Shown piece after piece: positions 41,067 through 50,410 of a DNA stretch of 64,000 bases. The notes under the pieces were generated by a model. That model saw nothing but the letters and a program-made list of their open reading frames with translations, was not told the origin of the DNA and ran no database searches. The DNA comes from Gammaproteobacteria bacterium (GTDB lineage Bacteria; Pseudomonadota; Gammaproteobacteria; Xanthomonadales; Wenzhouxiangellaceae), in NCBI GenBank assembly GCA_050485825.1, contig JBJHCC010000010.1:23895-87894 (forward strand). Direction: 5' to 3'. Made by a program: the position numbers and the translations under genes. Numbering within the stretch: position 1 is the first letter of the stretch; the number at the start of each line of letters is the position of its first letter.

Positions 41067-41097
41067 TGCAAATTGTGAATAGGATTTACAATTTACA
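41067..41097. promoter_or_regulatory. AT-rich palindrome upstream of the AAA gene (putative operator)
   Basis: TGCAAATTGTGAAT-agg-ATTTACAATTTACA (12/14 complementary), containing TACAAT. Confidence 0.55.
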
Positions 41098-41119
41098 TTG
41101 ATTGCGATACGGTAGGCGG

Positions 41120-42271
41120 ATGATTCCGCGCGCAGCCGACGCTTTGGTGCACCAGCTTTTGGCGGGCTTTCCCATTGTGACCATTACCGGTCCGCGGCAG
41201 TCAGGCAAGACGACGCTGGCGCGGAAAGTCTTTGCCGATCGTCCCTACCGGTCGTTGGAGGACCCGGATCTAAGGGCTCTGGCCCTTGATGATCCGCGCG
41301 GATTCCTGGCACAGCTCCCGGATGGGGGCGTGTTGGACGAAGTCCAGCGGGCGCCGGACTTGTTGTCCTATCTGCAGTCAAACGTGGACGACGACGGCCG
41401 CATGGGCCGCTTCCTGCTCACCGGATCACAGCAGTTTGGTCTGATGTCCGGCATTTCGCAATCGCTGGCGGGGCGCAGTGCCTTTGTAGAACTGTTGCCG
41501 CTGAGCCATGCGGAGTTGGTCCGGGCTGGCAAGGCGTCGGCATCTCTCGACGCCAATCTGTTTACCGGAGGCTATCCAGCTTTGTATGACCGTCAGCTCG
41601 AGCCTCGGCGGTGGTTCCCGGCCTACGTTGCGGCGTATGTGGAGCGGGATGTGCGCCAGATGTTGAAGGTGCAGGACCTGGATGCGTTTCAACGCTTTGT
41701 GCGCCTTTGCGCTGGACGCAGCGGACAGATTCTCAATCTGTCGTCGCTGGCGGCCGACTGCGGGATTACCCACAACACGGCACGAGCCTGGATTTCGGTG
41801 CTGGAAGCCAGTTACGTTCTGTTCCTGTTGCAGCCGCACCATGCCAATTTCAACAAGCGCTTGATCAAGGCGCCCAAGTTGTATTTTCTGGACACCGGCC
41901 TGCTGTGCTGGTTGCTGGGGATCCAGGAGCAGGAGCAGCTGGCGGCTCACCCGCTGCGCGGCGCGATTTTCGAGTCCTGGGTGGTCAGCGAGTTGCGCAA
42001 GGCCTGGCTGAATCGCGGGGAGCGCCCGCTGTTCTATTTCTGGCGCGACAGCAACGGCAATGAGGTCGATCTATTGATTGAATCGGGTTCTGGCCTGATG
42101 CCAATCGAGATCAAGTCCGGGCAGACCTTGAACAGGGACTTTTTTACCGGCCTGGAGCGCTGGCTTGCGCTCGCCGGCTCGATGGCACAAAGCCCGACCC
42201 TGGTTTACGGGGGAGAGGGGGGCCATGAGCGACGGGGGGTGCGGGTGTTGGGCTGGCGGGAGATTCACTGA
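41120..42271 (+). CDS. AAA_14 ATPase with DUF4143 / C-terminal nuclease-like domain
   Basis: ITGPRQSGKTT, LDEVQ, LLTGSQ, PKLYFLDTGL, EVDLLIE...PIEIKSG. Confidence 0.9.
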   Translation: MIPRAADALVHQLLAGFPIVTITGPRQSGKTTLARKVFADRPYRSLEDPDLRALALDDPRGFLAQLPDGGVLDEVQRAPDLLSYLQSNVDDDGRMGRFLLTGSQQFGLMSGISQSLAGRSAFVELLPLSHAELVRAGKASASLDANLFTGGYPALYDRQLEPRRWFPAYVAAYVERDVRQMLKVQDLDAFQRFVRLCAGRSGQILNLSSLAADCGITHNTARAWISVLEASYVLFLLQPHHANFNKRLIKAPKLYFLDTGLLCWLLGIQEQEQLAAHPLRGAIFESWVVSELRKAWLNRGERPLFYFWRDSNGNEVDLLIESGSGLMPIEIKSGQTLNRDFFTGLERWLALAGSMAQSPTLVYGGEGGHERRGVRVLGWREIH

Positions 42272-42357
42272 GCGACTCTTGGCATGGCTTTCCGGATTCA
42301 TAGGTTCCGGTGCTCGGCTCCGCAATCGTCGCCGGCCAGCCGACGGGCTCGGTTTGG

Positions 42358-42876
42358 GTAGGTCGGCCCCACGCGGCCGACGGACCATGTTTGCCGAAGC
42401 CCCAGCATCGTTCGTCGGGGACGTGGCCCCGACCTGCGGGTGCCGGTCGATGCCTCGGAGAAAGGGTTGGGCGCGGATGCCGTCGGTCGGCCCCACGCGG
42501 CCGACGGACCATGTTTGCCGAAGCCCCAGCATCGCCCGTCGGGGACGTGGCCCCGACCTACGGGTGCCGGTCGATGTCTCGGAGAAAGGGTGGGGCGCGG
42601 ATGCCGTAGGTCGGCCCCACGCGGCCGACGGACCATGTTTGCCGAAGCCCCTACATCGTCCGTCGGGGACGTGGCCCCGACCTACGGGTGCCGGTCGATG
42701 CTTCGGAGCAATGATTGGCCTCGGATGCCGTAGGTCGGCCCCACGCGGCCGACGGACCATGTTTGCCGAAGCCCCGCATCCCCCGTCGGGGACGTGGCCC
42801 CGACCTACGGGTGCCGGTCGATGCCCCGGAGAAAGGGTTGGCCCGGATGCCGTAGGTCGGCCCCGCGCGGCCGACG
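42358..42876. repeat. REP array 2: four pairs plus one single, about 124-bp period
   Basis: Units start at 42358, 42482, 42606, 42730 and 42852. Confidence 0.93.
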
Positions 42877-42957
42877 GACCATGCTCGCCGAATCCCCACA
42901 TCCCTAATCTCGCCGCCTCGCCAACCCGAATCTGCCAAAAAACGACCCTCTAAAGTT

Positions 42958-43006
42958 CCGTAACCCGTAACCCGTAACCCGTAACCCGTAAGCCGTAAGC
43001 CAAAAA
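42958..43006 (+). repeat. Heptamer array (CCGTAAC)4 (CCGTAAG)2 CCAAAAA
   Basis: Counted directly; ends 8 bp before the ATG at 43015. Confidence 0.95.
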
Positions 43007-43014
43007 CCAGATCG

Positions 43015-44202
43015 ATGGAATTGCTAAACCTGATCGGCCGCACGGCGCCCCTCTTCACCCCCGACATCGCTCGGCACGAAGCCGAGTTGTCGGAGAAAGT
43101 GGCGTCCGGCAGTTTCCTCGTCATCGGCGGCGCCGGTTCGATCGGGCAGGCGGTTGCGCGGGAGATTTTCAAGCGCAATCCGCGCGTGCTGCACGTCGTC
43201 GACATTTCCGAGAACAACATGGTCGAGCTGGTGCGGGACTTGCGCTCGACGCTGGGCTACATCGACGGGGACTTTCGCACCTTCGCGATCGACTGCGGCG
43301 GCCGGGAGTTCGCGGCGCTGATGGCGGCGGAGTCGGGCTATGACTATGTACTGAACCTGTCGGCCTTGAAGCACGTCCGCTCCGAGAAAGATCCGTTCAC
43401 CCTGATGCGGATGATCGAAGTCAATGTTCTGAACACGATTTCGACCATCGCCCAGGCTCGCGACCAGGGCGCGGCCAAGTATTTCTGCGTATCGACCGAC
43501 AAGGCCGCCAACCCGGTCAACATGATGGGGGCGAGCAAGCGGATCATGGAAATGTTCCTGATGCGCGAGAGCGAAACCCTGCCGATCTCGACGGCGCGCT
43601 TCGCAAACGTCGCCTTTTCCGACGGCTCCCTGCTGCACGGCTTCAACCAGCGTTTTGCGAAGCGCCAGCCTATTTCGGCACCGAACGATGTGCGCCGCTA
43701 TTTCGTCACCCCGCAGGAGTCCGGCGAGCTGTGCCTGTCGTCCTGCCTGCTCGGCGACAACCGCGACATTTTCTTCCCCAAGCTGTCGGAGGCGCTACAC
43801 TTGACCCGCTTTTCCGACATTGCGGTTCGCTACCTGGAGAACCTGGGTTTCGAGCCGCACGAGTGCGCCAGCGAGGACGAGGCCCGCAGCCGCTCGGCCG
43901 AGCTGATCGCGCGGAAGAAGTGGCCGGTGTATTTCTTCGCCAGCGACACCACTGGCGAGAAGGATTTCGAGGAGTTTTTCATCGAAGGCCAGGACCTGGA
44001 CCTGGCGCGCTTCGAAACCATCGGCGTGATTCGCAATCCGGCTGACTACGACGCCGACTTGCTGGCCCATTTCCTGGCCGAGATCGAGCGCATTCGATCG
44101 CAGCCGACCTGGGACAAGCCTGAGCTGGTGGCTTTGTTCAATCACGTGATTCCGGAGTTCCAGCACAAGGACACCGGCAAGTATCTCGACGCGAGGATGT
44201 AG
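43015..44202 (+). CDS. NDP-GlcNAc 4,6-dehydratase (LegB/CapD-like short form)
   Basis: VIGGAGSIG, SALKHVRSE, STDKAANP.NMMGASK, ARFANVAFSDGSL. Confidence 0.92.
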   Translation: MELLNLIGRTAPLFTPDIARHEAELSEKVASGSFLVIGGAGSIGQAVAREIFKRNPRVLHVVDISENNMVELVRDLRSTLGYIDGDFRTFAIDCGGREFAALMAAESGYDYVLNLSALKHVRSEKDPFTLMRMIEVNVLNTISTIAQARDQGAAKYFCVSTDKAANPVNMMGASKRIMEMFLMRESETLPISTARFANVAFSDGSLLHGFNQRFAKRQPISAPNDVRRYFVTPQESGELCLSSCLLGDNRDIFFPKLSEALHLTRFSDIAVRYLENLGFEPHECASEDEARSRSAELIARKKWPVYFFASDTTGEKDFEEFFIEGQDLDLARFETIGVIRNPADYDADLLAHFLAEIERIRSQPTWDKPELVALFNHVIPEFQHKDTGKYLDARM

Positions 44203-44209
44203 GCCAAAG

Positions 44210-45439
44210 ATGGGGGGTCAATACGTGCTTGAAGAGTGGCGAACGGCCACACCAGAGCTGACGCCGGCGATTCGTCTGCTGCTTTTGTTTTCGCGTATTC
44301 GGCTCTCGGAAGACCAGGCAGCCCGTGCGCAGGCGCTGATGAAGGCTATTGAAGACTGGACCGATTTCGCGAATCGGGCCGCAGATCATTTTCTGGCCCC
44401 CTTGTGCCTCCATCATGTAGCCGCTTTCGCTGCGTCGCCGGAGGTGCTTGCGTGCAGGCGTGCGCTGGTGCCCCACGTGCGGCAAATGACGCTCCATGTT
44501 CTGAGGCTCGCTGCGATGCAGCGTAGATTCGTGCAGAAGCATGTTGCGCCGCTGCAGTGCCGCTATGTCGTCGTGAAGGGGAGAGCGCTTGCGGCTCGGT
44601 ACTATCCGGATTCCAATCTCCGTTATGCCCGCGATGTCGATATTCTTCTACCACGGCAGCGCATCGAAGCGCTCGTCATGTCAGCGCAGCAGGCGGGGTA
44701 TATGGTTTATCCACAACTTCGTCCGCTATCGGCAATAGAAGCGAAGATTGTGGCGGGCAATAGTGCGGTTGTCAGCTTGCTGGGGCCGGACAACATCTTT
44801 ATCGAAGTTCATGCCCAGCTCGACAAGGCCGGATTTCTGCTAGATCACCGGCGGGTGCTGGAGAACAGAAGTCTCCATCCTGTTGATGGCGTCGAGATCG
44901 GCATGCCCTCTACCCTTGACCACTTTGTCTACATCTGTCTGCATCACACCAAGCATTTTTGGTCCAGGCTGAACTGGTTGGCGGATCTGGACGCAATCGT
45001 TCAATCCCCGGATTTCGATGACGCGGCAACCCTCGACTTTGCCCGCTCCAGAGGGCTTGAGGCTACCGTTCGCGCCTGTTTGGCCTTCTACCGCGCCTGC
45101 GCGGAGGAAGATCCAGTCGAAGCGCTATCGGACAACACCGACGCCAGTGACCTTCTGCGGGCTTGCCTCGTCGTTCTGGGCGGTGGCACCGAAAGCGAGT
45201 TTCAGATGCGCCCTGACAGATTGAGCCCTGACTTCAATTTCGCCTGGCAGATTCCTGAAGGTTTCAGGAGCCGGCAGGCGATGTTTCGAGCGCTGTCCCT
45301 GCTGAAGCCCTCCCTACACGACTATGGAGCTTTGAAGTTGCCGCGTTCGATGTACTGGGCCTACTTTCCGATAAAGCCGGTGCTGGTTGGCTGGCGTCGT
45401 CTGATGCATCGTCGGCGATCGGGCGAGCGGTCGGCTTAG
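44210..45439 (+). CDS. Nucleotidyltransferase family protein (NTP_transf_5-like)
   Basis: VVVKGRALAARYYPDSNLRYARDVDILL, IEVH, HHTKH..SRLNWLADL. Confidence 0.85.
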   Translation: MGGQYVLEEWRTATPELTPAIRLLLLFSRIRLSEDQAARAQALMKAIEDWTDFANRAADHFLAPLCLHHVAAFAASPEVLACRRALVPHVRQMTLHVLRLAAMQRRFVQKHVAPLQCRYVVVKGRALAARYYPDSNLRYARDVDILLPRQRIEALVMSAQQAGYMVYPQLRPLSAIEAKIVAGNSAVVSLLGPDNIFIEVHAQLDKAGFLLDHRRVLENRSLHPVDGVEIGMPSTLDHFVYICLHHTKHFWSRLNWLADLDAIVQSPDFDDAATLDFARSRGLEATVRACLAFYRACAEEDPVEALSDNTDASDLLRACLVVLGGGTESEFQMRPDRLSPDFNFAWQIPEGFRSRQAMFRALSLLKPSLHDYGALKLPRSMYWAYFPIKPVLVGWRRLMHRRRSGERSA

Positions 45440-45454
45440 CGGGAGGCCGTTCGG

Positions 45455-46693
45455 ATGCGTTGGCTTGGGTTGAAGGACGGACTACGTTCTTCTCCGCATC
45501 TTCTGTGGTGGTTTTTACTTACCCCCGGGCGCAGCGGTGTCCTGCGCCGGCATGTGCTGCGCCTCAAAGTCGGATCCGCCGGGACGATTTGGAAATGGTT
45601 ATGGGCTGAGCTTCGACGAGCAGCGGTTTGGCCCCTGGTGGTATGGCATGAGCAGCGAGTGTGTCGCAGCGAGCTTGCATTTCGATTGTCAAAACCTCCC
45701 GTGAACTGGCCTGAACTGGTGCTGGTTTGCCTCTTCGCGGGCATCCTGCCCAGGGAGTACCTGATGCTGGAGCTGTATCGAAAGCGCTCCTCTCGCAACT
45801 TGCATCGATTCGTGTTTCCGCAGGAGTTCAAAACGATCTCACTGGCTTATCGGGACGAAAAAGAGGCGGCTTTGCTGGCCGACAAGGCCGCCTTTCATGC
45901 GCTATTGAGCGAAGCGAGTATTCCGACGGTCCCCATTCTCGCCCGCTTTGTCGACGGTACTTGGACGAGAAGGGCGGCGTTGGAAAATTATGGAAGCCTG
46001 TTTGCAAAGCCGACCCGTGGCCACGGTGGTCAGGGCTCCATTCGTATCGAAAGACGATCATCTGACGGTTACCAAGTGGTTGGATGTGGGAGCGCCGAGC
46101 TTGCCCACCCGGCGCTGTATCTTGGCTCCCGTCGGGAAATTGACTATGCGGCACTGCTGAACTATCTGGAGCGTGCGACCGGGTCGGCCGATGTGATCAT
46201 CCAGCCGAACCTTTTCAATGTTGAGTCCCTTCAGTCCATTGCGCCTTCTGGGCTGAGCATTGTAAGAATCGTGACCGTCCGGGCGACCGAAGAGCCCTTG
46301 GTGATCTGTGCCAGTTTCTGTATGCCTTGCAACCGTCAAATCATCAGCCAGCGGGGCTGCTTTGCCCAGATCGACCTTGGCAGTGGCAGGCTGTCGAGTG
46401 CCGCTGACTTCAGCGTCTCGGGTGAGAGACGAACGCATCATCCCGATTCCGGGCAGCTGATCGAGGGTGTTGGAATTCCCCGCTGGAGCGAGGTTGTCGA
46501 TCTGGCGCTAAGGGCGCATGGGCTCTTCCCCAAGACGGCCTTTATCGGCTGGGATATTGCTCCGACACCGCAGGGTCCCCTCGTGCTGGAAGGCAATCTC
46601 AACTTTTGCGTGCAGATGCTCCAGAAATGGCCGGCCAGGCCGCTTCTGGATACCCGCATGTTTCCCTTGCTGAGACAGCTCGCGACCACCTGA
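45455..46693 (+). CDS. Sugar-transfer-associated ATP-grasp protein
   Basis: LADKAAF, FAKPTRGHGGQG, IIQP, IGWDIAPT..GPLVLEGN. Confidence 0.8.
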   Translation: MRWLGLKDGLRSSPHLLWWFLLTPGRSGVLRRHVLRLKVGSAGTIWKWLWAELRRAAVWPLVVWHEQRVCRSELAFRLSKPPVNWPELVLVCLFAGILPREYLMLELYRKRSSRNLHRFVFPQEFKTISLAYRDEKEAALLADKAAFHALLSEASIPTVPILARFVDGTWTRRAALENYGSLFAKPTRGHGGQGSIRIERRSSDGYQVVGCGSAELAHPALYLGSRREIDYAALLNYLERATGSADVIIQPNLFNVESLQSIAPSGLSIVRIVTVRATEEPLVICASFCMPCNRQIISQRGCFAQIDLGSGRLSSAADFSVSGERRTHHPDSGQLIEGVGIPRWSEVVDLALRAHGLFPKTAFIGWDIAPTPQGPLVLEGNLNFCVQMLQKWPARPLLDTRMFPLLRQLATT

Positions 46694-46737
46694 GGCTTGC
46701 AGGGCGTGCACATCGTTTCTGTACGGAAGCCCACATA

Positions 46738-48564
46738 GTGAAGATACTTGAACCAGTTATCACGGTTCGGCGCGTCCTGCCGATTTTGTGGGAAAGTGCG
46801 CGCACGCTGGCGATCCTGACTGGCGTGCTGCTGTTGCTCGAGATCTCTCTTGGCCTGGCAGTGCTGTTCCTGATCAAGCAGTTGGTAGATGTTCTGACTA
46901 CGAATCTTGCGGTGGGGGGGCTGGGCACCGGGCTTGAATCGGTGCTGCGCGCAGTTGTTCTCGCGGGTTCAGCGACCCTCGCCTTGCTGATCGTTCGGGC
47001 AGCTAGTGGCTTGGCCCGGGAAGCACAGGGAATGCGGGTGGCAGACCATGTGGACAGGATGATCCACAATCGGGCGATAGCCGCGGATCTGGCCTTCTAT
47101 GAAAGTCCGCTGTATTTCGATACGCTGCAGCGAGCGCGGCAGTCAGGCAATCAGCGACCCGCCCAGGTTGTGTCCAACCTGCTGATGATGAGCAAGAACC
47201 TGATCATGCTGGTCGGGGTGATTGTCCTGCTGTCCAGCATCAGCTGGACGCTGTTACCGGTGCTACTTATCGCCATAGTACCGGCCTTGCTGGTACGCCT
47301 GTATTTCACCCGGATTCTCTATGAATGGCGAAAGCGGCGAACCCAGCTCGAGCGCCGCGCAGGCTATTTTGACTGGCTGCTTACCTCAGATCTACATGCC
47401 AAGGAGCTGCGCCTGAACCAGCTGGGTGCTGTCTTTCGGGATCTCTATTCGGATATCCGCCAGACGATCCGAAGTGAGCAATTCGGAATCAATCGTCGCC
47501 GCGCGCTCGTTGAGGGTTTGGTGGGTAGCGTGGCGACCCTCGTCTTCTTCGCCGCGCTCGCTTATCTGGCGTTCCAGACGGCTGAAGGTCGAAACACTGT
47601 TGGTGACCTCGTGCTTTTTTTGCTGATTCTGCAACGCGCCCAGGCCATGGGCCAGGAGCTGGTGGGTCAGGTTTCGAGGCTTTTTGAAGACCACCTATAC
47701 ATCAGCCAGCTGTTCGATTTTCTGGAGGTCCGGCCGCGGATTACCAGTCCCAAAAGCCCCGCTGCTCTACCCGAGGAAAAGGGCATCGAGGTCCGCCTCG
47801 AGGCCGTAGACTTCACTTATCCCGGCTGTCGAGATCAGGTCTTGAAGCAGGTCGATCTGCGCATCGCGCCGGGGCAGATCGTGGCGCTGGTCGGCTCCAA
47901 TGGTTCGGGAAAGACATCGCTGATCAAGCTTCTGTGTCGGCTCTACGATCCGAGCGCTGGCCGAGTGCTGGTCGACGGTCGGGATGCCGCGGATTACGAT
48001 CTGGAGGAGTACCGTTCGCTGTTCAGTGTGGTGTTTCAGGATTTTGCCCGCTACGCGTCTACAGTGCGGGAAAACATTCGCTTCGGCGATCTTGATTGCC
48101 CCGTCGATAGCCCGGCCATTCTCGAAGCGGCGAAACTGTCTGGGGCAGCCGACTTCATCGAGCTTTTGCCGAAAAAATATGATACTTTTCTCAATCGTTC
48201 GTTCGACGGTGGCGTGGAGCTCAGCGTCGGACAGTGGCAGAAAATCGCGCTTGCCAGGTCATTCCTGCGACCTTCACGGATCGCCATTCTGGACGAACCG
48301 ACCAGCGCGATCGATCCGAACGCGGAATTCGAACTGTTTGAGAATTTTCGGGAGCGTCTAGGGGGGCGATCGGCGCTGATCATCAGTCACCGGCTGTCGA
48401 CGATTCGCCTGGCGGACTACATTTATGTCCTTGAATCTGGGCGAATTGTTGAGGCCGGTGATCACGACGACCTGATGAGCCGCCAAGGCGTCTACTTCCA
48501 GGCCTTCAGCCGCCAGGGCAAATACTATCGGGATAAGGAAGCGCCGGCTGGAGCCGTGAGCTGA
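46738..48564 (+). CDS. ABC transporter, fused TMD+NBD (RiPP exporter type)
   Basis: GSNGSGKTS, LSVGQWQKIALAR, ILDEPTSAID. The LSxGQWQ form is typical of peptide-exporter ABCs. Start set to GTG 46738. Confidence 0.88.
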   Translation: MKILEPVITVRRVLPILWESARTLAILTGVLLLLEISLGLAVLFLIKQLVDVLTTNLAVGGLGTGLESVLRAVVLAGSATLALLIVRAASGLAREAQGMRVADHVDRMIHNRAIAADLAFYESPLYFDTLQRARQSGNQRPAQVVSNLLMMSKNLIMLVGVIVLLSSISWTLLPVLLIAIVPALLVRLYFTRILYEWRKRRTQLERRAGYFDWLLTSDLHAKELRLNQLGAVFRDLYSDIRQTIRSEQFGINRRRALVEGLVGSVATLVFFAALAYLAFQTAEGRNTVGDLVLFLLILQRAQAMGQELVGQVSRLFEDHLYISQLFDFLEVRPRITSPKSPAALPEEKGIEVRLEAVDFTYPGCRDQVLKQVDLRIAPGQIVALVGSNGSGKTSLIKLLCRLYDPSAGRVLVDGRDAADYDLEEYRSLFSVVFQDFARYASTVRENIRFGDLDCPVDSPAILEAAKLSGAADFIELLPKKYDTFLNRSFDGGVELSVGQWQKIALARSFLRPSRIAILDEPTSAIDPNAEFELFENFRERLGGRSALIISHRLSTIRLADYIYVLESGRIVEAGDHDDLMSRQGVYFQAFSRQGKYYRDKEAPAGAVS

Positions 48565-48611
48565 GCAAGCGGCGTCGCGCAGCCCGGGCCAAATGCTGAA
48601 ATAGCCAACAT

Positions 48612-49496
48612 TTGATGGATTATTGTATGAAGGTGTTTGTGGGTGGTTTGGTGTCCCTCTCTCTGGCATTCGGGCTGGTGGCTGAGAACTTTGCAGGCTC
48701 ACCCGAAGCTTTTGATTTTTCGGATCGAACAGAGCTGAAGACCGGTGGTCATGTGTTGCCTCCCGCTCCGGCCGTCAGGCGCGGTCAGCCGGTGGGTGGA
48801 TTCATCGTCTGGGATAACGGAGGGTTTATCACCCATCCAGGGGCGGGTGTCGATGGTGCGGATGTCAGCATGGCCTCTGAAGATCAAAATTCCGCCGGCG
48901 ACAATGTTCGAAAGCTGGAAAATAATGCCTATTTCCGAATCGCCGACCGGTTCGAGCTTTCGCAAAAGACCGGCCTGCTCACTCTGTCCACGTTCGGCTA
49001 CGAGCCCTTTGTGGCGCCACCAACGTGGACGTCCCGCAACCTCAGGATCTGGGCCGGGGTGCCTGGTGAACCAGGCAGCGAGGTTTTGTTTGAGCGGGAG
49101 TACAGCATTCTTGACGTTCAGTTCACTGGCGTCTATCGAGTGCTTCATCTCGAAAATCTTGATGATGTTCGGAGGCCGATCTATGAAATCTCCTGGGACT
49201 TGGCTGTGGCTGACAGCGCAGCTCCGCTGTGGCTAGAGGAAGGAGAGTACTGGATTGACTGGCAGGTCGTCGGCGGCGTAACCGGTTGGGCGATTTATGT
49301 CATGCAAGCCAATCCAGAGGATCCCGACTATCCGGTTACGCCTTTGGGAGATGCGCTGCAGTTGCGGCCGATCGGCTGGACTGCGAATGAGGTGTCGACA
49401 CCCTTTTTGCTGTTCGGCCTATCCGAGACGCTTTTCCAGGATCGATTCGAGGGGCTTGAACCGCCGGAGGCCAATGAGGAGTTTGTGGCCCCTTGA
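48612..49496 (+). CDS. Secreted beta-rich protein with C-terminal LFQDRFE motif
   Basis: Signal-like N-terminus (LVSLSLAFGLVA); near-terminal ETLFQDRFE. Confidence 0.55.
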   Translation: MMDYCMKVFVGGLVSLSLAFGLVAENFAGSPEAFDFSDRTELKTGGHVLPPAPAVRRGQPVGGFIVWDNGGFITHPGAGVDGADVSMASEDQNSAGDNVRKLENNAYFRIADRFELSQKTGLLTLSTFGYEPFVAPPTWTSRNLRIWAGVPGEPGSEVLFEREYSILDVQFTGVYRVLHLENLDDVRRPIYEISWDLAVADSAAPLWLEEGEYWIDWQVVGGVTGWAIYVMQANPEDPDYPVTPLGDALQLRPIGWTANEVSTPFLLFGLSETLFQDRFEGLEPPEANEEFVAP

Positions 49497-50410
49497 AGCA
49501 TTGGTTTAGTTGCTTCGGCCTCCTTGTGGCCAGCGACCTTGATCTGCGCGGTCAACCGGTTTCGCCAGGCCAGCCTGATTTGGCGCTCCGAGTCCAGCGA
49601 ATCCGGGATAAGCCCGCGCCAAGTCCGACTCAGCAGTGGGGGCGCGATCAGGCAAGGCAATCGAGTTGGGCGCTTTGCCCGGGGATTGCTCGTGTCGAGG
49701 CACATGACAGCGGTGATGTGCTGATCGAGGTGGATGAGGATCTTGATTCGGATAGTCTGCGCTTCGTAGCTGTCACAATTGCATTGCCCCTGGCGCTTCA
49801 GCAGCGCCCGGGATTGATGCTGGAGGCCAGTGCGGTTCGTTGGCACGGGCAGGTGCTGATCATCTGCGGTCGGGGGTACTGCGGCAAGTCGACTCTCGCC
49901 GCCTTGATGGCTGATTTGGGCGCTGAATTGCTGGCGGATTCGCACTGCTTGCTGACCCAAGGTGAATCGGGTGAACTGCTGCTGGGACCAGCTCTTCCAC
50001 ATGTCCGCCTTTGGCCTGCTCAATCGCAGCTGCTTGGGACTGAGTGGCCAGCGCCAGTCACACTCCGCCCCGGGCTTGGCAAGCGCCTGTTTGTCGTTCC
50101 GGAGCGCTTCGCCGCAGATCCCTCGCCCGTTAGCGGACTGATCGTTCTGCGCCGAGGTGTAGACGCCCAATTCAGGCACCATCGCCTCCCTGTTACCGAA
50201 TGCCTCCAGGCTCTGGCCGCGGCCGGCAGTCGTCTAGTCTGCTCTGTAACCCCGGCTCAGACTGCGCTTCGCTTCAGAATCATGACAAAGCTGGCGGCGC
50301 TTCCAATCTGTCACCTCCTGCAATGGCCGCGATGGGGTCAGAATGAACTCGAAACGCGTTCGAGGCTGCTGGAACTGCTGGCTGAGCAGGATTGGGGCGT
50401 TACGGCGTGA
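49493..50410 (+). CDS. HPr-kinase-related protein, degenerate active site
   Basis: LEASAV (usually LHASAV), GRGYCGKSTL Walker A, LLADS (usually DD). Confidence 0.75.
   Translation: MKHWFSCFGLLVASDLDLRGQPVSPGQPDLALRVQRIRDKPAPSPTQQWGRDQARQSSWALCPGIARVEAHDSGDVLIEVDEDLDSDSLRFVAVTIALPLALQQRPGLMLEASAVRWHGQVLIICGRGYCGKSTLAALMADLGAELLADSHCLLTQGESGELLLGPALPHVRLWPAQSQLLGTEWPAPVTLRPGLGKRLFVVPERFAADPSPVSGLIVLRRGVDAQFRHHRLPVTECLQALAAAGSRLVCSVTPAQTALRFRIMTKLAALPICHLLQWPRWGQNELETRSRLLELLAEQDWGVTA

Noticed and set aside
42358-42876. 124-bp periodic arrays (also 40797, 60669, 62955) as CRISPR
   Set aside because: The intervening sequences are conserved rather than unique spacers, units are paired inverted GTAG palindromes, and no cas genes are present.
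42071-43220. ORFs of 100-276 aa over the REP arrays (also 40745-41101, 60474-61089, 62900-63970)
   Set aside because: Repetitive translations of REP DNA in several frames, with no protein-like features.
39623-44202. Complete legionaminic acid pathway
   Set aside because: Only dehydratase and aminotransferase are present; no NeuA/NeuB/NeuC-like genes in the window, so leg gene symbols were not assigned.
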